A DNA stretch of 64,000 nucleotides from Pseudomonadota bacterium (GTDB taxonomy: Bacteria; UBA10199; 2-02-FULL-44-16; DYJF01). The notes below the pieces were generated by a model. That model was given only the letters and a program-made list of their open reading frames with translations. It searched no databases and had not been told where the DNA came from. The stretch is from assembly GCA_043823065.1 (NCBI GenBank), contig JBDRBB010000010.1, forward strand, positions 64,001 to 128,000, read 5' to 3'. Of the stretch, positions 36,746 through 51,591 are shown piece after piece. Position 1 is the stretch's first letter; each line of letters opens with the position of its first letter. The position numbers and the translations under genes were made by a program.

Positions 36746-39466
36746 CTAGAATACAAAGCCAAACGTCAAATGAAACCTGCCAAATGATTCGCCAGCACGG
36801 CGGCGGATCTTAATGCCATAGTCAGCGCGCAAAGGGCCAACCGGCGTAATGTAGCGAATGCCAAAACCATATGATTCACGGGTCATATTCCAAGTTAATT
36901 CATCAAAATCATTAGCCAATGCGCCCATGTCGTAAAATGCCGCTAAATAGAAAGGATGATAAAGACGAAATCTTAGCTCTTCGTTAAATATCCAGCGAGT
37001 TTTTGCACCAACTGCATCTCCTGCTGCATTAACCGGCCCCAAAGAATCTTCGCTATAACCACGCACTGTATCATCACCGCCTAAAAACAAGAGTTCATTA
37101 GTAGGCACAATAACATTATTACCTATGGTTTGAATGTGATTAAGACGCAGGGCTGTGCTTAAAGTAAAACGCCAATAAGAAATATCGTGCTCGCCTTGCC
37201 AAGTAAAACCAACAAAATTGGCCTCATTACCTTTAATTTCATTAAAAATATCTACTTGGCCTAAAGTGTACCAACCCTTTTGCGGATTAGAAAAACTGTC
37301 TCTAGTGTCATAACTGCCTGAAACAGTTATCTTAGAAATTGTATTATCACGCAGGCTTTCTTGAGATGCTGCTGTAGTGTTTCCTTCAATAAAGTAATTA
37401 CGATCCAGTTCATAGCGAAACAAAAAACCCAAAGCATGATATCTTCTAAAAAAACTAACACTACCTGCTCCTTGTATATAATTAAAAGCAGGTCTTCTGG
37501 CATGTTGCAGCCAGGTATTAACTGACATCTCAAGGCCTGATCCCAAAAATCTAGGATCTAACCACCCAATCTCGGCTCTGGATAAGTCCTGTCCAGCAGT
37601 TAGCTTGAACAAAGTATGCTTTGCCCAACCAAAAGAATTTAAATTTTTGAAAGCAATAAAGCCTGTAAATTGTTCGTCTGTGGAGTAACCAAATCCCAAA
37701 TCTAAAAGAAAAGGTCTTTGCTCATCAACATCCACCTTAATCTGCACTTCTGGTTGCTCTTCTTCAATGCCTATAGTTTCCACACGCACAGCAGAATATG
37801 CACCTAATCTTCGCAAGTTTAATCTGCTCTCTACAATTTTTTTATAACTATATGGTTCTCCTTCTTTAATACCCATAGCTTTCTTAATGGCTTTTTGGCT
37901 GCTTAATACATCACCGACTATTAATATGTGGCCAATTCTTACTTCTTGACCCTCATGAATATCGTAAAGAATTCGAGCAGATTTTTCCTCATCATTTAAG
38001 ATTAAAGCTTGATCTACTTTGGCATATGGATAACCATGATTAGCATAAAAACCTAAAAGCCTTGTCTTATCATTCTTCAAGGCTACCATATTTAATGGTT
38101 TATCTACTTTTACATTAAGATTTTCTTCTAGTTTTGTATTAGTAAAAGCCTGATTTCCAGTAAAAACAATTTGCTCTACTCTGGTCTGAGTTCCTTCAAT
38201 AATAGGAATATCAACAATTAAATCATAGCCTTGTTCTGAATCTTTAATCTCCCACTGGCCAACTTCAGTTTCTAAAAAACCTTTTTTAGAATATTCTGTT
38301 TTTATAGCCTTTGAATCATGATCGATTAAATCAGGGTCAAAGCCGCCTTTAAAACCAAATCCCCGCTGGGTTGTGGTCATTGTTTTATCCAATTTAGCAG
38401 AAGAGATATTTTCATTACCCTGAAAATATATCCTTTTAATAATACGCGATTTTCCTTCTGCTATATTAAATATTATTTTAACCCTGTCTGGCTCATCTTG
38501 AATTTTTTTACTGGTCACCTGCACATCTGGATAGCCTCTCTCTTTGTATAGTTTTTTTATGGCCTCCATGCTGGCCTCAATCTCATAACTATCAAAACTG
38601 CCTTCTTTAAAAATAGTAATTGTATCCTTTAATTTATTGTCGCTGGCCACCTGATTTCCTTCAAAAATCGCCTTTACATTAGGGCCTTCTCTAACTTCTA
38701 AAATTAAATCTACACACCTTTCTTCAAAATTAATTTTCTTTTCTACAATTTTGATTTTGGCACGAGGATAACCATGTAAATGATAAAATTCGGTGAGCTT
38801 TCTTAAAGCCCTTTTTAATCTAATTTCAGAATAAGGTTTCCAGGTATTGATCGCGCTGATAAATCTGCCATCAGGATAAGCGTTATTGCCTCTTACCTCG
38901 ATATTGCGATATCGCAGCACTTCACCATGCTTAACCCTAAAAGTAATAGCCACTCCATTTTTTGCAGGTTGCTCCATTTCTTTTACCTGCACTTCTGTGG
39001 CCACAATTCCTTGCCTCTTATAAAACTCTTTAATGCGCTCCACTTGGTCAGCTACACGCTTTGGAGTATAAATATCCCCAGCATTCAAGGTTAAATATTT
39101 TTTTATTTTATTTTCTAAAAAAGGATAATTCCCCTGAATATCCACTTGGGTAATTACAGTCGCCATCTTAAAATTAAGCTCAATATCCATCCCATCTTTT
39201 GTAGACTCTGTTGTTGCTTCTATTTTATCAAACACACCCCATTCCCTCAGATAACTAATGGCCAAATCTAATTTTTGATAATTAAAAATATCACCCTTTT
39301 TAAAAGGAATTACATCTCGAACAGTTTGCTCATTAATTCCTTTTAAACCAAACAGACGAATTTCAGCAACTAGCTGGTTTTCTTGAGCAAAGCTTGCCCA
39401 GGCCAGCAAGAGCAGCACTAATAAACCGAGCCAAAATATTTTCTTAGTAAAAAATTTATAATTCAT
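36746..39466 (-). CDS. Omp85-family (BamA/TamA-like) protein with about 7 POTRA domains
   Basis: Repeated I.F.GN POTRA starts, LGGDDTVRGY, TPVGPLRADYG, terminal F. Confidence 0.9.
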   Translation of the reverse strand: MNYKFFTKKIFWLGLLVLLLLAWASFAQENQLVAEIRLFGLKGINEQTVRDVIPFKKGDIFNYQKLDLAISYLREWGVFDKIEATTESTKDGMDIELNFKMATVITQVDIQGNYPFLENKIKKYLTLNAGDIYTPKRVADQVERIKEFYKRQGIVATEVQVKEMEQPAKNGVAITFRVKHGEVLRYRNIEVRGNNAYPDGRFISAINTWKPYSEIRLKRALRKLTEFYHLHGYPRAKIKIVEKKINFEERCVDLILEVREGPNVKAIFEGNQVASDNKLKDTITIFKEGSFDSYEIEASMEAIKKLYKERGYPDVQVTSKKIQDEPDRVKIIFNIAEGKSRIIKRIYFQGNENISSAKLDKTMTTTQRGFGFKGGFDPDLIDHDSKAIKTEYSKKGFLETEVGQWEIKDSEQGYDLIVDIPIIEGTQTRVEQIVFTGNQAFTNTKLEENLNVKVDKPLNMVALKNDKTRLLGFYANHGYPYAKVDQALILNDEEKSARILYDIHEGQEVRIGHILIVGDVLSSQKAIKKAMGIKEGEPYSYKKIVESRLNLRRLGAYSAVRVETIGIEEEQPEVQIKVDVDEQRPFLLDLGFGYSTDEQFTGFIAFKNLNSFGWAKHTLFKLTAGQDLSRAEIGWLDPRFLGSGLEMSVNTWLQHARRPAFNYIQGAGSVSFFRRYHALGFLFRYELDRNYFIEGNTTAASQESLRDNTISKITVSGSYDTRDSFSNPQKGWYTLGQVDIFNEIKGNEANFVGFTWQGEHDISYWRFTLSTALRLNHIQTIGNNVIVPTNELLFLGGDDTVRGYSEDSLGPVNAAGDAVGAKTRWIFNEELRFRLYHPFYLAAFYDMGALANDFDELTWNMTRESYGFGIRYITPVGPLRADYGIKIRRRAGESFGRFHLTFGFVF

Positions 39467-42400
39467 TATCTAAAGCGAAATCTTAAAATACCATTTATTT
39501 CATAACGATCATCAGTGCTGCGCGAACCTTTGAGTAAGAGATTGTCCGTAAACAGATACTCGGCTTCTAAGGTTTGAACTGCATTGGTGGTGTTAATATC
39601 TGTGGTAAAATCCAGCGTTAAACGATCTGATAATTGTTTCCCAATTGATACGCGAGAAATAATCTGCTCTGTTTCTGAAGCCTCTAATCTAAACGTATCT
39701 AAATGAGTAAGCTTAGATACTGGCCTTTCCACAATATGGGTAAGTTGCTGAGCAGCCATGGAAACACCAAACTTTCCACCTTTACTGGCTTCAAGTTGCT
39801 CGCGCTCAGTTTCAGTCATACCAAAGGCTAGCAAAGATATAACGTCTCTTTTTTCCAAAGGACCAGTTGGCGAAGTTGCAGATAATTCAATATTTAGATT
39901 GTCTACATTCCCAAAAACTTCTACCATAACATTATATACTTCAATTTCTTTTTGACCAACCGCTTCCAAATACGGAGCTTGTTCTGGTCCTCTAAATTCC
40001 ATGAAACCACGCGTGATTTCAAAGTTTAACCCCATGTAATGCAATTCTCCTTCTATAACCTCTACTGTGCCTCCAATTAAAGAATTTTTGCGCGTACCCC
40101 CAACATCCACATCAGCTCGCAAAGAAATATCACCTACATTATTTTTAATTAACAACTCTCCTGTATTATGAACCCTCAAATCCAGTCTAGGATTAAATAT
40201 ATATTCCACTGGAGCTTGTTTTTTGGTACCTTTGGTTGCCTGCTTTAAGATATTAAAGTCTTTAATATATCTGGCATCTAAAATAGCCAAATCTCCTTTT
40301 AACAAGGGAGAGGGAAAGTTTCCTTTTAAGTCAAAATTGCCTTCAAACTCAGCTCTAAAAAAACCATCATCGCTCCTAAAAGTGAGATTTTCGCCAACAA
40401 ATTTAATATCAATGTTTTTTATTTGATAAAATTGATGTTCCAGTTCACCAGTAAGTTCAAATTTTCCTTCTTCTACCAAACCTTCTAAATCTTTAAAAAA
40501 TATTTTATGTCCATTAAAAGCAAGTTCGCCAACTATCTGTTCCATCGGTAAATACACTTGCCGAGGGGAGATCAAACACTCCATTAACTCTGCTTTGCCA
40601 TCTAAGCTTGGATTTTTGATGCTACCACTTGCCCTTAAATTAACCTGTGCCTGCCCAGCTGTTTCCCTAAAAAAATAACCCAAGGGAGCTAAGAGGCCTA
40701 AATCTAATAAACCATCTGCCCTTAAATTAACTTGGCCGCCGCTAATTAAATTTCCTTCTACATTAATTTTTTGTTCTGGAATTTCAGGGTTAATATAGTT
40801 AAGTTTTTTAATATTCCATTGTTTGCGTTCATAGTTATACCCAATTTCTACAGCTAGGCCTTTGGTTGGACTTCCTGTTAAATTAAAAGCACCACCAATC
40901 ATGTCCATCTGCACTGGTTCTTCAAAACTAACAGCTTTAACTGTATGGGGTTTAAAACTTATATTATCAAAAACCAGTTTTTTTCTGGAAATAGCCAGAT
41001 CAGCACTAGCTAAATCAAAGGGTATAAATACAAGATTGCCATTTTCAATTTTGGCTTTTGCCTGCCCTTGAATGCTCATTACTTCACCTTCAAGTTTGAT
41101 CTCACCAGTTGCTAAACCAGAAATACCAAAACTGGGCAAAAGCTGTTCTACCGGGTGGTTATATAAACTGCCTGATAAATTCAAATCTTTGTGCCTTCGT
41201 TGATCAGCAAGTTTTGCCCCAAATTTAATTGTTAGCTGGGCTTGGCCTGTTTGTTTATCTTTCTCAAAAACCTGCCAATCCAAAAATAACTTATCATATC
41301 CTGCCTCAACTTTGGTATTAACCTTCTGCACTTGCATGGGCAGATAACCACCATCATTGGTTGTAGCCTGCGCTGTTATTTTGAATTGTTTTCCCCAACC
41401 AGTTATTTCCCCTTCAAAGTTTGTTTTGCCATAAATTTTATGAAAGTAGGGGCTTTCAAACTTATCAAAAGCAGCTTCTGCGGGAAACTCGTTGCCTTTG
41501 AGTTTGAGATTCAATTGTTTTTTATTGGTATCAATATTGCCCTCAATTAAAACAGTTCCTTCTTGAGCCTTAAGCTGCCCTTGATTAATAGTAAAAATTC
41601 CTTGCCGCCAAGAAGCTTGGGTCTGAATGGTCAAAGGAAAAGTTTTGGCCTTGGCAAATTTATGTTCTAATTCAATTTTTGCCTGGCCTGTACCATGCAA
41701 GATATTAAAACCCGTCCCTTGAGCTTCTATTGAACCTGAAATTTCTCCAGCAGTTTCCAAAGTTTTAATGGGTTTACCTAAATAGGGCAAATAGATGGGT
41801 TTGGGGATATTCAGATTGGTCTGCCAGGTTTCCTCGCTTAAATTAGCCTTTAATGAGCCCTCCAATTCTTTTTCATCAATAATAATTTTTAAGGTATCTA
41901 AACTAAGCTTTTGGCCTTTAAATTCTAGCTGGGCACTTAGTGAATCAAGCTCAATCTGCTCAAACCAAGCTTGTGTTAAACTAAGCTTTCCCTTAAGATC
42001 GTTGAAATAAGGAAAGGCCTGGGTCCATCTTGCTAGTCTGGTCACTGCTTCTAGATTAAAGCTCTTTAGCTCAGCTTTCTTTTTCCCCTGACTATTATAA
42101 AAAAAATCATCTCCACTTAAACCTAGCCTGGTTGTGCCAAACAAGGTGGGGCTGAGGCTTAAACGTAATTCAGTCAACTTTAAAAAATTCTGGCCTGGGA
42201 AAAGAAAATCCGCATTTTTCACCACTCCTTGCTTAATAATGATATTTTGCAAGACTAAAAGCTTGGCAATATTAAAACTAATTTTTCTTTTTTCCTGAGA
42301 CTTGGTTAAATGCAACGTTAGATCTTGAATAATAAAAGATTGAACATAAAATTTGCCTCGCAATAGATCCCAGGGTCGATATTTGAGAAAAAAATGGTTT

Positions 42401-42644
42401 ACTTTTATGGCATTTGGATTTGTTTTATTTTGAATGTCTAGATTATCAACACAATGGTGCTGCTAAAAAACCGCCAATCAAAATTAGTAAATTTTATCTC
42501 CCATTTGCTCTGGGCGGTTGCGCTATCCAAAACATATCTGATAGTTGCTGGATGAGTTAAAACCACACTCAATAAAACCACAAAAAAGCTGGTAATAATT
42601 ATCACCAGCCCAACATTTCGCAAGGCTTTGCTTTTAGCACGCAT
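39466..42644 (-). pseudogene. tamB: TamB (DUF490) family protein, frameshifted near 42445 (or sequencing error)
   Basis: N-terminal TM anchor ORF 42438-42644 joins the long ORF after a 1-nt shift; C-terminal IGKQLSDRL...EYLFTDNL. Confidence 0.75.
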
Positions 42645-42645
42645 A

Positions 42646-44061
42646 TTAAATGATCCGCCTTTTGCCTAGTTCTTCTTTAAGGCGCGGCAAAAGCCCATCA
42701 AAAGCCCCATTGGACATCACTAAAATTACATCCTGGCGATTAGCAACGCGTGTAATATATTCCAAAATATATTCTGTTTTGGAAATATAATGAGCGTCCA
42801 CACCTCTACGCATGATTGCATCAGCCACTGCTTGTCCGTTAAAACGCTCTGCTAAAGGAATTTTTTCTGCAGCAAAAACTGGGGCAAGTATAACTCGGTC
42901 GGCCAAAGACAGTGCATCTATATATTCTTTTTGGAAAAAATTACGCCTGCTTGTATTGGATCTGGGCTCAAAAATTGCCCATAATCTACGGTTTGGATAT
43001 TTTTGTCTAATGGCAGCTATTGTTTTGGCCACTGCTGTTGGATGGTGGGCAAAATCATCAACCAAAGTAATGGAATTAACTTCGGCAAAAATTTCCTGTC
43101 GTCTTTTTACACCTTCAAAACTTACTAAACCTTTTTGAATATCTTCTTTGTTTATTCCCTGTTGTAATAAAACTGCAATGCTGCCAATGGCATTTAAGAG
43201 ATTATGTTCTCCGGCCAAAGGTAATCTAAAGCTGCCCTTAAATTTTGGTCCAATCAATTCAAACACTGTTTCATCAGTAGCATAAATTATCTCAACAGGA
43301 TGATAATCTACCTGGTCTGTTAAACCATAAGTTAGTACTTTGGCTTTGGTTTGACCCAAAATCTCTCTAACATTTACCTCATCACCATTTGCCACGACCA
43401 ATGCGTTGCTGGGCAAACCTCTTAATAGTTTAATAAAGGATTGTTTGATTTGATTTAGATCTTGATAAATATCTGCATGATCAAACTCAATACTAGTAAG
43501 CAAAACCACCTGTGCTTGATAATGTAAAAATTTTGGTCCTTTATCAAAAAAGGCTGTGTCATATTCATCACCTTCTAAAACAAAAAAATTTCCTTTGCCT
43601 AGTTTTGCACTTTGACCGAAATTTCTACCAACGCCACCAATAAAAAAACTTGGATCTTGTTTGCTTGCTTCCAAAAGCCAAGCCAATAAAGTTGAGGTTG
43701 TTGTTTTACCATGCGTTCCACACACTACTATGGGTTTTTTCTTGTCTAAGAAAAAGTTGCTAATAGCCTGGGGCATGGAACAATAAGCAATATCCTGGTT
43801 TAAAACCGCCTGTGCTTCCTCGTTTTCTTTTCTAATAACATTGCCAATAACCACCAAGTCCGGGCGCGGATTTAGATGTTTGGCTGCATATCCCTCATAA
43901 ATATTAATTTTGAGCTGGGCCAATTGATCACTCATAGGAGGGTATAGTTTTTCATCACTCCCACTAACTTGCAGTCCTTTATTCACCAGCAATCGCGCCA
44001 AAGAACCCATGCCTGTGCCACCAATTCCTAAAAGGTGGACGTGTTTTAGATTGTTTTTCAT
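42646..44061 (-). CDS. mpl: UDP-MurNAc:L-Ala-gamma-D-Glu-mDAP ligase
   Basis: GIGGTGMGSLA, GTHGKTTT, EGDEYDTAFFDKGPKF, DDFAHHPT, FEPRSNT. Confidence 0.92.
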   Translation of the reverse strand: MKNNLKHVHLLGIGGTGMGSLARLLVNKGLQVSGSDEKLYPPMSDQLAQLKINIYEGYAAKHLNPRPDLVVIGNVIRKENEEAQAVLNQDIAYCSMPQAISNFFLDKKKPIVVCGTHGKTTTSTLLAWLLEASKQDPSFFIGGVGRNFGQSAKLGKGNFFVLEGDEYDTAFFDKGPKFLHYQAQVVLLTSIEFDHADIYQDLNQIKQSFIKLLRGLPSNALVVANGDEVNVREILGQTKAKVLTYGLTDQVDYHPVEIIYATDETVFELIGPKFKGSFRLPLAGEHNLLNAIGSIAVLLQQGINKEDIQKGLVSFEGVKRRQEIFAEVNSITLVDDFAHHPTAVAKTIAAIRQKYPNRRLWAIFEPRSNTSRRNFFQKEYIDALSLADRVILAPVFAAEKIPLAERFNGQAVADAIMRRGVDAHYISKTEYILEYITRVANRQDVILVMSNGAFDGLLPRLKEELGKRRII

Positions 44062-44090
44062 ATTGATTTTTGAAAATAGCTTTATTTTTG

Positions 44091-45173
44091 CTATTTTTCA
44101 AGGATTTCAGTGATTATCACATCATGAATTTTGGGGCGAAAACCCTTTATTTTTTCATTGGTAGCAGAAGGATGAACCCTATTGGAAAGCAAAATAACCC
44201 AAAAGCCTTGAGCTAAATCAATCCAAATGGAACAACCAGTAAAACCAAGATGTCCAATACTCTGTTTGGAAAAATGATGGCCAGCAGCTGAGTTTTGAGT
44301 GGCTGGTGTATCCCAACCACCTAAAAACAAACGAGATTCAGGTTTTCCGAGTTTTCTTTTTTGTTGGTTTATAGATTCAAAATTAATAAAGTTGCGCACC
44401 ACTTCTTGAGAAATTAACCTTGATTGGCCTTGATAGCAAGCCACCAACTCTTTGGTAAACTCGTGTAAATCTAGGGCTGTGGAAAAAAGTCCAGCATGAC
44501 CGGCCACTCCACCTAAAGCATAGGCGTTTTGATCATCAACTTCTCCTTTAATAATTCTCTCCCTCCATGGACAATCTTCAGTAGGTGCAAAACGATGCTG
44601 ATTTTTTCCTTTCTTAGTTATAAAAAAAGTATTTTTGAGCTGACATGGCTTGGCTATATACTGGACAAACAAATTATCCAGCTTGTCTTGGCCTGCTTGT
44701 TCCACTATTTCACCTAAAAAAATATAACCCAAATCACTATAAACAGTCTCTTTTCCTGGCTCATTGATTAATGGTTCTTGATAACAAGCATTTATTAAAA
44801 ACTTTTTACCCTCTTCTGTACCAATTAATTCTAACGGCAGTTCCCTATAAAACGGCTGCCAGGAAGGCAAGCCTGAGGTATGATCCAACAAATTCGCAAC
44901 TGTAATCTTGCGATGCCAAGGCTTGTCAGCTCCTGCTAACCATTGATAGGCTGTATCACTAAGTTTCAATAGACCCTTGGCATTCAACAACATAACCAGC
45001 GTAGCTGTACAAACAGGCTTGGTTAACGAAGCAATATCAAAACAGGTTCCTTCTCTGGCATTACCATATTGTTTATGATAGATAATTTGTCCCTGCTTTG
45101 CTACCAACAGATCTGCAGCAGGAAAAACTCCCTGAGTTATTGCTTTTTCCATTTCTTGATCAATGATATTCAT
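44091..45173 (-). CDS. Serine hydrolase, beta-lactamase/AmpC-like family
   Basis: ASLTK (SxxK), YSD, GHAGLFS, GHLGFTG. Confidence 0.88.
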   Translation of the reverse strand: MNIIDQEMEKAITQGVFPAADLLVAKQGQIIYHKQYGNAREGTCFDIASLTKPVCTATLVMLLNAKGLLKLSDTAYQWLAGADKPWHRKITVANLLDHTSGLPSWQPFYRELPLELIGTEEGKKFLINACYQEPLINEPGKETVYSDLGYIFLGEIVEQAGQDKLDNLFVQYIAKPCQLKNTFFITKKGKNQHRFAPTEDCPWRERIIKGEVDDQNAYALGGVAGHAGLFSTALDLHEFTKELVACYQGQSRLISQEVVRNFINFESINQQKRKLGKPESRLFLGGWDTPATQNSAAGHHFSKQSIGHLGFTGCSIWIDLAQGFWVILLSNRVHPSATNEKIKGFRPKIHDVIITEILEK

Positions 45174-46066
45174 AAACTAAATTCAAACTCTGGGACATGA
45201 TTTACGTGGGCATTTAAAATTAATTTCGCACCTAAAGGTAAGGTTAAAAATTTATTGGTATGACCCGCTGGGAAATCAATCACTATTGGACCTTGAAAAT
45301 CTTTTAATACATCTTGGAGCATGTCTACCAAGTCTTTCTGGGCAAATATTGGCACCCCCAAAGAACCAAACACCAGACCTTTAACCTTGGCTAACTTGCC
45401 GGCGTTTTTCAATTGAGTTAACATACGATCTAAAAAATATATTTTTTAAATTACATCTTCGATAAACAAAATTTTATTTTTTGTTTCAATCTCATAGCTG
45501 GTACCCAAACTGCTGTTAAGCAAAGACAAACAACCACCAACCAGCTCTGCCCTGGCCTGTCCTGATTTTAGGGTTTTTCCTTCTGAAAACTTTAAATTAC
45601 TTAATTCTAAAGTTAAGGAATTAAGTAAACTATCCCTGGTGGCAACATCAACTTCATGACCAAGTTGGGTTATCACTGGTCCATAAAAAGTTGGTGTTTG
45701 TACTTCCTGTCTTAAAAAGGTAAGTAGGGCTGTTGTATCACTAAAACCCACAACAGGCTTAATGTTTGCTTTAATTTTGCTAATATTTAATAAGGGAATG
45801 ATGCGCTGAGATCCATATCCACCACGCGCAAATAAAATGGCTTTAATATCGTCTTTTTGCAACAATTCGGTTAATTCCTCGGCCCGTCTTTGATCGCTTC
45901 CAGCCAAATAACGTTCTTGGGAAAAAATATCCTCTCTATAATAAACATTAAAACCCAGCTCTTTTATAAACTTGATGCCCTGGTGAAATTTATTTTGATC
46001 AAAACAGGCGGCCGGTGCTGCAATTCCTATAATATCTCCTGGTTTCAAAGTCTTAAATTTTTTCAT
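45170..46066 (-). pseudogene. ldcA: LD-carboxypeptidase (S66) with in-frame TAA at 45446-45448 (or sequencing error)
   Basis: RGGYGS, GFSDTT, EDVI*KIYFLDRML, FPAGH; both ORFs are in the same frame. Confidence 0.8.
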
Positions 46067-46071
46067 GTTTT

Positions 46072-49655
<3,584 letters not shown>

Positions 49656-49659
49656 AAAT

Positions 49660-49880
49660 TTCTCCTTAAAGAATTTTATTAAATATATTTAAAAACTAGT
49701 AATAGTAGTAGCACGGTGGAAAACTAGGATAACCAAGTAAACAGTCTAATAAAAAAAGGTAATTGGTTGTGGACTAGTTTTGAATAAGTACCATTTTTTT
49801 ATTTTTTTTACACAAGCAGTAATGAGTAAATCACCAGGTAAAGGGTTGTCAACAAACAATTAGCAAGATATCCACAAACA
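49660..49880. other. oriC unwinding region (DnaA boxes, DnaA-trios, AT-rich tract) between dnaA and dnaN
   Basis: TAG-TAA-TAG-TAG-TAG at 49697-49711 next to box-like ggtggaaaa/taggataac; more boxes (tgtggacta, atatccaca). Confidence 0.8.
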
Positions 49881-49892
49881 CCTGGGGAAAAA

Positions 49893-51233
49893 TTAATGAC
49901 AGATGGTTCTTTCTATAATGCCAATGTCTTCTTGCAAGCCGGAGTGTGATACTAATAGGGCCTCAATCTTTTTACAAGCATGCATAACTGTGGTGTGATC
50001 TTTTCCCCCAAACCTAATGCCTATTTCAGGGAAAGAAGAAGATGTTAGCTTTTTGCATAAATACATGGCTATTTGACGGGGATAAGCTAGATTTTTGGTG
50101 CGGCGTGGAGATTTCAAATCAGCAACGCTTATCTTATAGAATTCAGCTACAGTGCGCTGAATGGATTCAATGGTATAGGTAGGGGCTCGGTCCTGAATAA
50201 TATTGCGTAACACCTCTTTGGTTAATTCTAGGGAAGTTTTGGCTTTGGTTAGGGAGGCAAATGCAGAAACACGGATTAAAGAACCTTCTAATTCGCGAAC
50301 ATTAGATTTAATGGAGCTAGCCAAAAACATCGCTACATCGTCTGGACAATAGATATTTTCCAAATCAGCTTTTTTCTTTAAAATTGCCACTCTGGTTTCT
50401 AAATCAGGTGGTTGAATATCTGCAATCAACCCCCATTCAAAACGAGAACGCAGGCGATCCTCTATTCCTGGGATTTCTTTAGGAAGTTTATCGCTGGTCA
50501 GTACAATTTGGCGATGAGAATCATGAAGGCAATTAAAAGTATAAAAAAACTCATCTTGAGTTCGTTCTTTTCCAGCAATAAATTGAATATCATCAATTAA
50601 TAAAACATCTAAATTTTCCCGATATTTCTGTCTAAGTTCTGGCATCTTATCATAGCGAATGCCATTAATAACTTCATTGGTAAAAGTCTCTGCGCTTACA
50701 TAAAGGACATTTAGGTTAGGCCTTTGCTGTAATATCTTTAAGCCCACAGCATGTAAAAGATGGGTTTTTCCCAGGCCCACACCACCGTAGATGAATAATG
50801 GATTATAGTGGCCGCCTGGTAGGTCTGCTACTGCCTGACAAGCAGCATGCACAAATTGATTAGAAGATCCCACTACAAAACGCTCAAAATCATATTTAAG
50901 ATTTAAATTTGATATAGTTTTTGCCTTTGTTGAAGTTAAAATTGGCACTATTGGTTCTTTGGGTTTTTCCAAACGAGTTTCTATTGGTTCAGGGCCAGCA
51001 ACAACTTCAAAAAGCAGTTTTAGATCTGATTTGGTTATTTCCTGAAGCTCTTGGCGAACTACGTCACTATAATAATCATTAATCCAATCAGCCACAAATT
51101 TATTGGGAACATATAAGGTAAATGTATTGTCTGTAAGTTGGGCTTTAGAGATGGGGCGAATCCAGGTGTTATAGTTTAACTCGCTGATTTTATTCTGTAA
51201 TTTCTCTTTTAGTTGGTCGAGAATTGGATACAT
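49893..51233 (-). CDS. dnaA: Chromosomal replication initiator DnaA
   Basis: YNPLFIYGGVGLGKTHL, IDDIQF, GGKDHTTVMHA; start set at MYPIL because the longer ORF runs through DnaA boxes. Confidence 0.97.
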   Translation of the reverse strand: MYPILDQLKEKLQNKISELNYNTWIRPISKAQLTDNTFTLYVPNKFVADWINDYYSDVVRQELQEITKSDLKLLFEVVAGPEPIETRLEKPKEPIVPILTSTKAKTISNLNLKYDFERFVVGSSNQFVHAACQAVADLPGGHYNPLFIYGGVGLGKTHLLHAVGLKILQQRPNLNVLYVSAETFTNEVINGIRYDKMPELRQKYRENLDVLLIDDIQFIAGKERTQDEFFYTFNCLHDSHRQIVLTSDKLPKEIPGIEDRLRSRFEWGLIADIQPPDLETRVAILKKKADLENIYCPDDVAMFLASSIKSNVRELEGSLIRVSAFASLTKAKTSLELTKEVLRNIIQDRAPTYTIESIQRTVAEFYKISVADLKSPRRTKNLAYPRQIAMYLCKKLTSSSFPEIGIRFGGKDHTTVMHACKKIEALLVSHSGLQEDIGIIERTICH

Positions 51234-51239
51234 ATAATG

Positions 51240-51285
51240 ATATTCACATCTATATCCACAGCTGTGGATAACCTTTTTATACAAA
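51240..51285. promoter_or_regulatory. DnaA-box cluster upstream of dnaA
   Basis: atattcaca (51240), atatccaca (51252), perfect tgtggataa (51263-51271). Confidence 0.8.
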
Positions 51286-51451
51286 AAACTCTTTACTATC
51301 TGTGTAGTTATGTATATGTAGCGACTTCAATTTAAGTCACAGACAGGAAAAAAACATTTCTACCAATATTTGGTCTCCTAGTCAGAGTGGCCTCAGTTTG
51401 CAAGAAAAAAATATATCTATTTAGTTTTAGTTGAGGAAGGAGCTAATTAAT

Positions 51452-51586
51452 ATGAAAAGAACCTATCAACCCGGAAAAAAATATAGAAAGCGCGTACATG
51501 GGTTTAAGAAAAGAATGAGAACCAAAGGCGGCAGAAAAGTTATAGCCAATAGAAGACGTAAAGGACGCGCCCAAGTTTCAGCCTAA
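51452..51586 (+). CDS. rpmH: 50S ribosomal protein L34 (missed by the ORF track)
   Basis: Manual translation [44 protein letters not shown]. Confidence 0.95.
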   Translation: MKRTYQPGKKYRKRVHGFKKRMRTKGGRKVIANRRRKGRAQVSA

Positions 51587-51591
51587 AATCT

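Noticed and set aside
45446..45448. Stop-codon reassignment or selenocysteine/pyrrolysine readthrough in ldcA
   Set aside because: The codon is TAA, which ends many conserved genes normally in this window; it is a single isolated case
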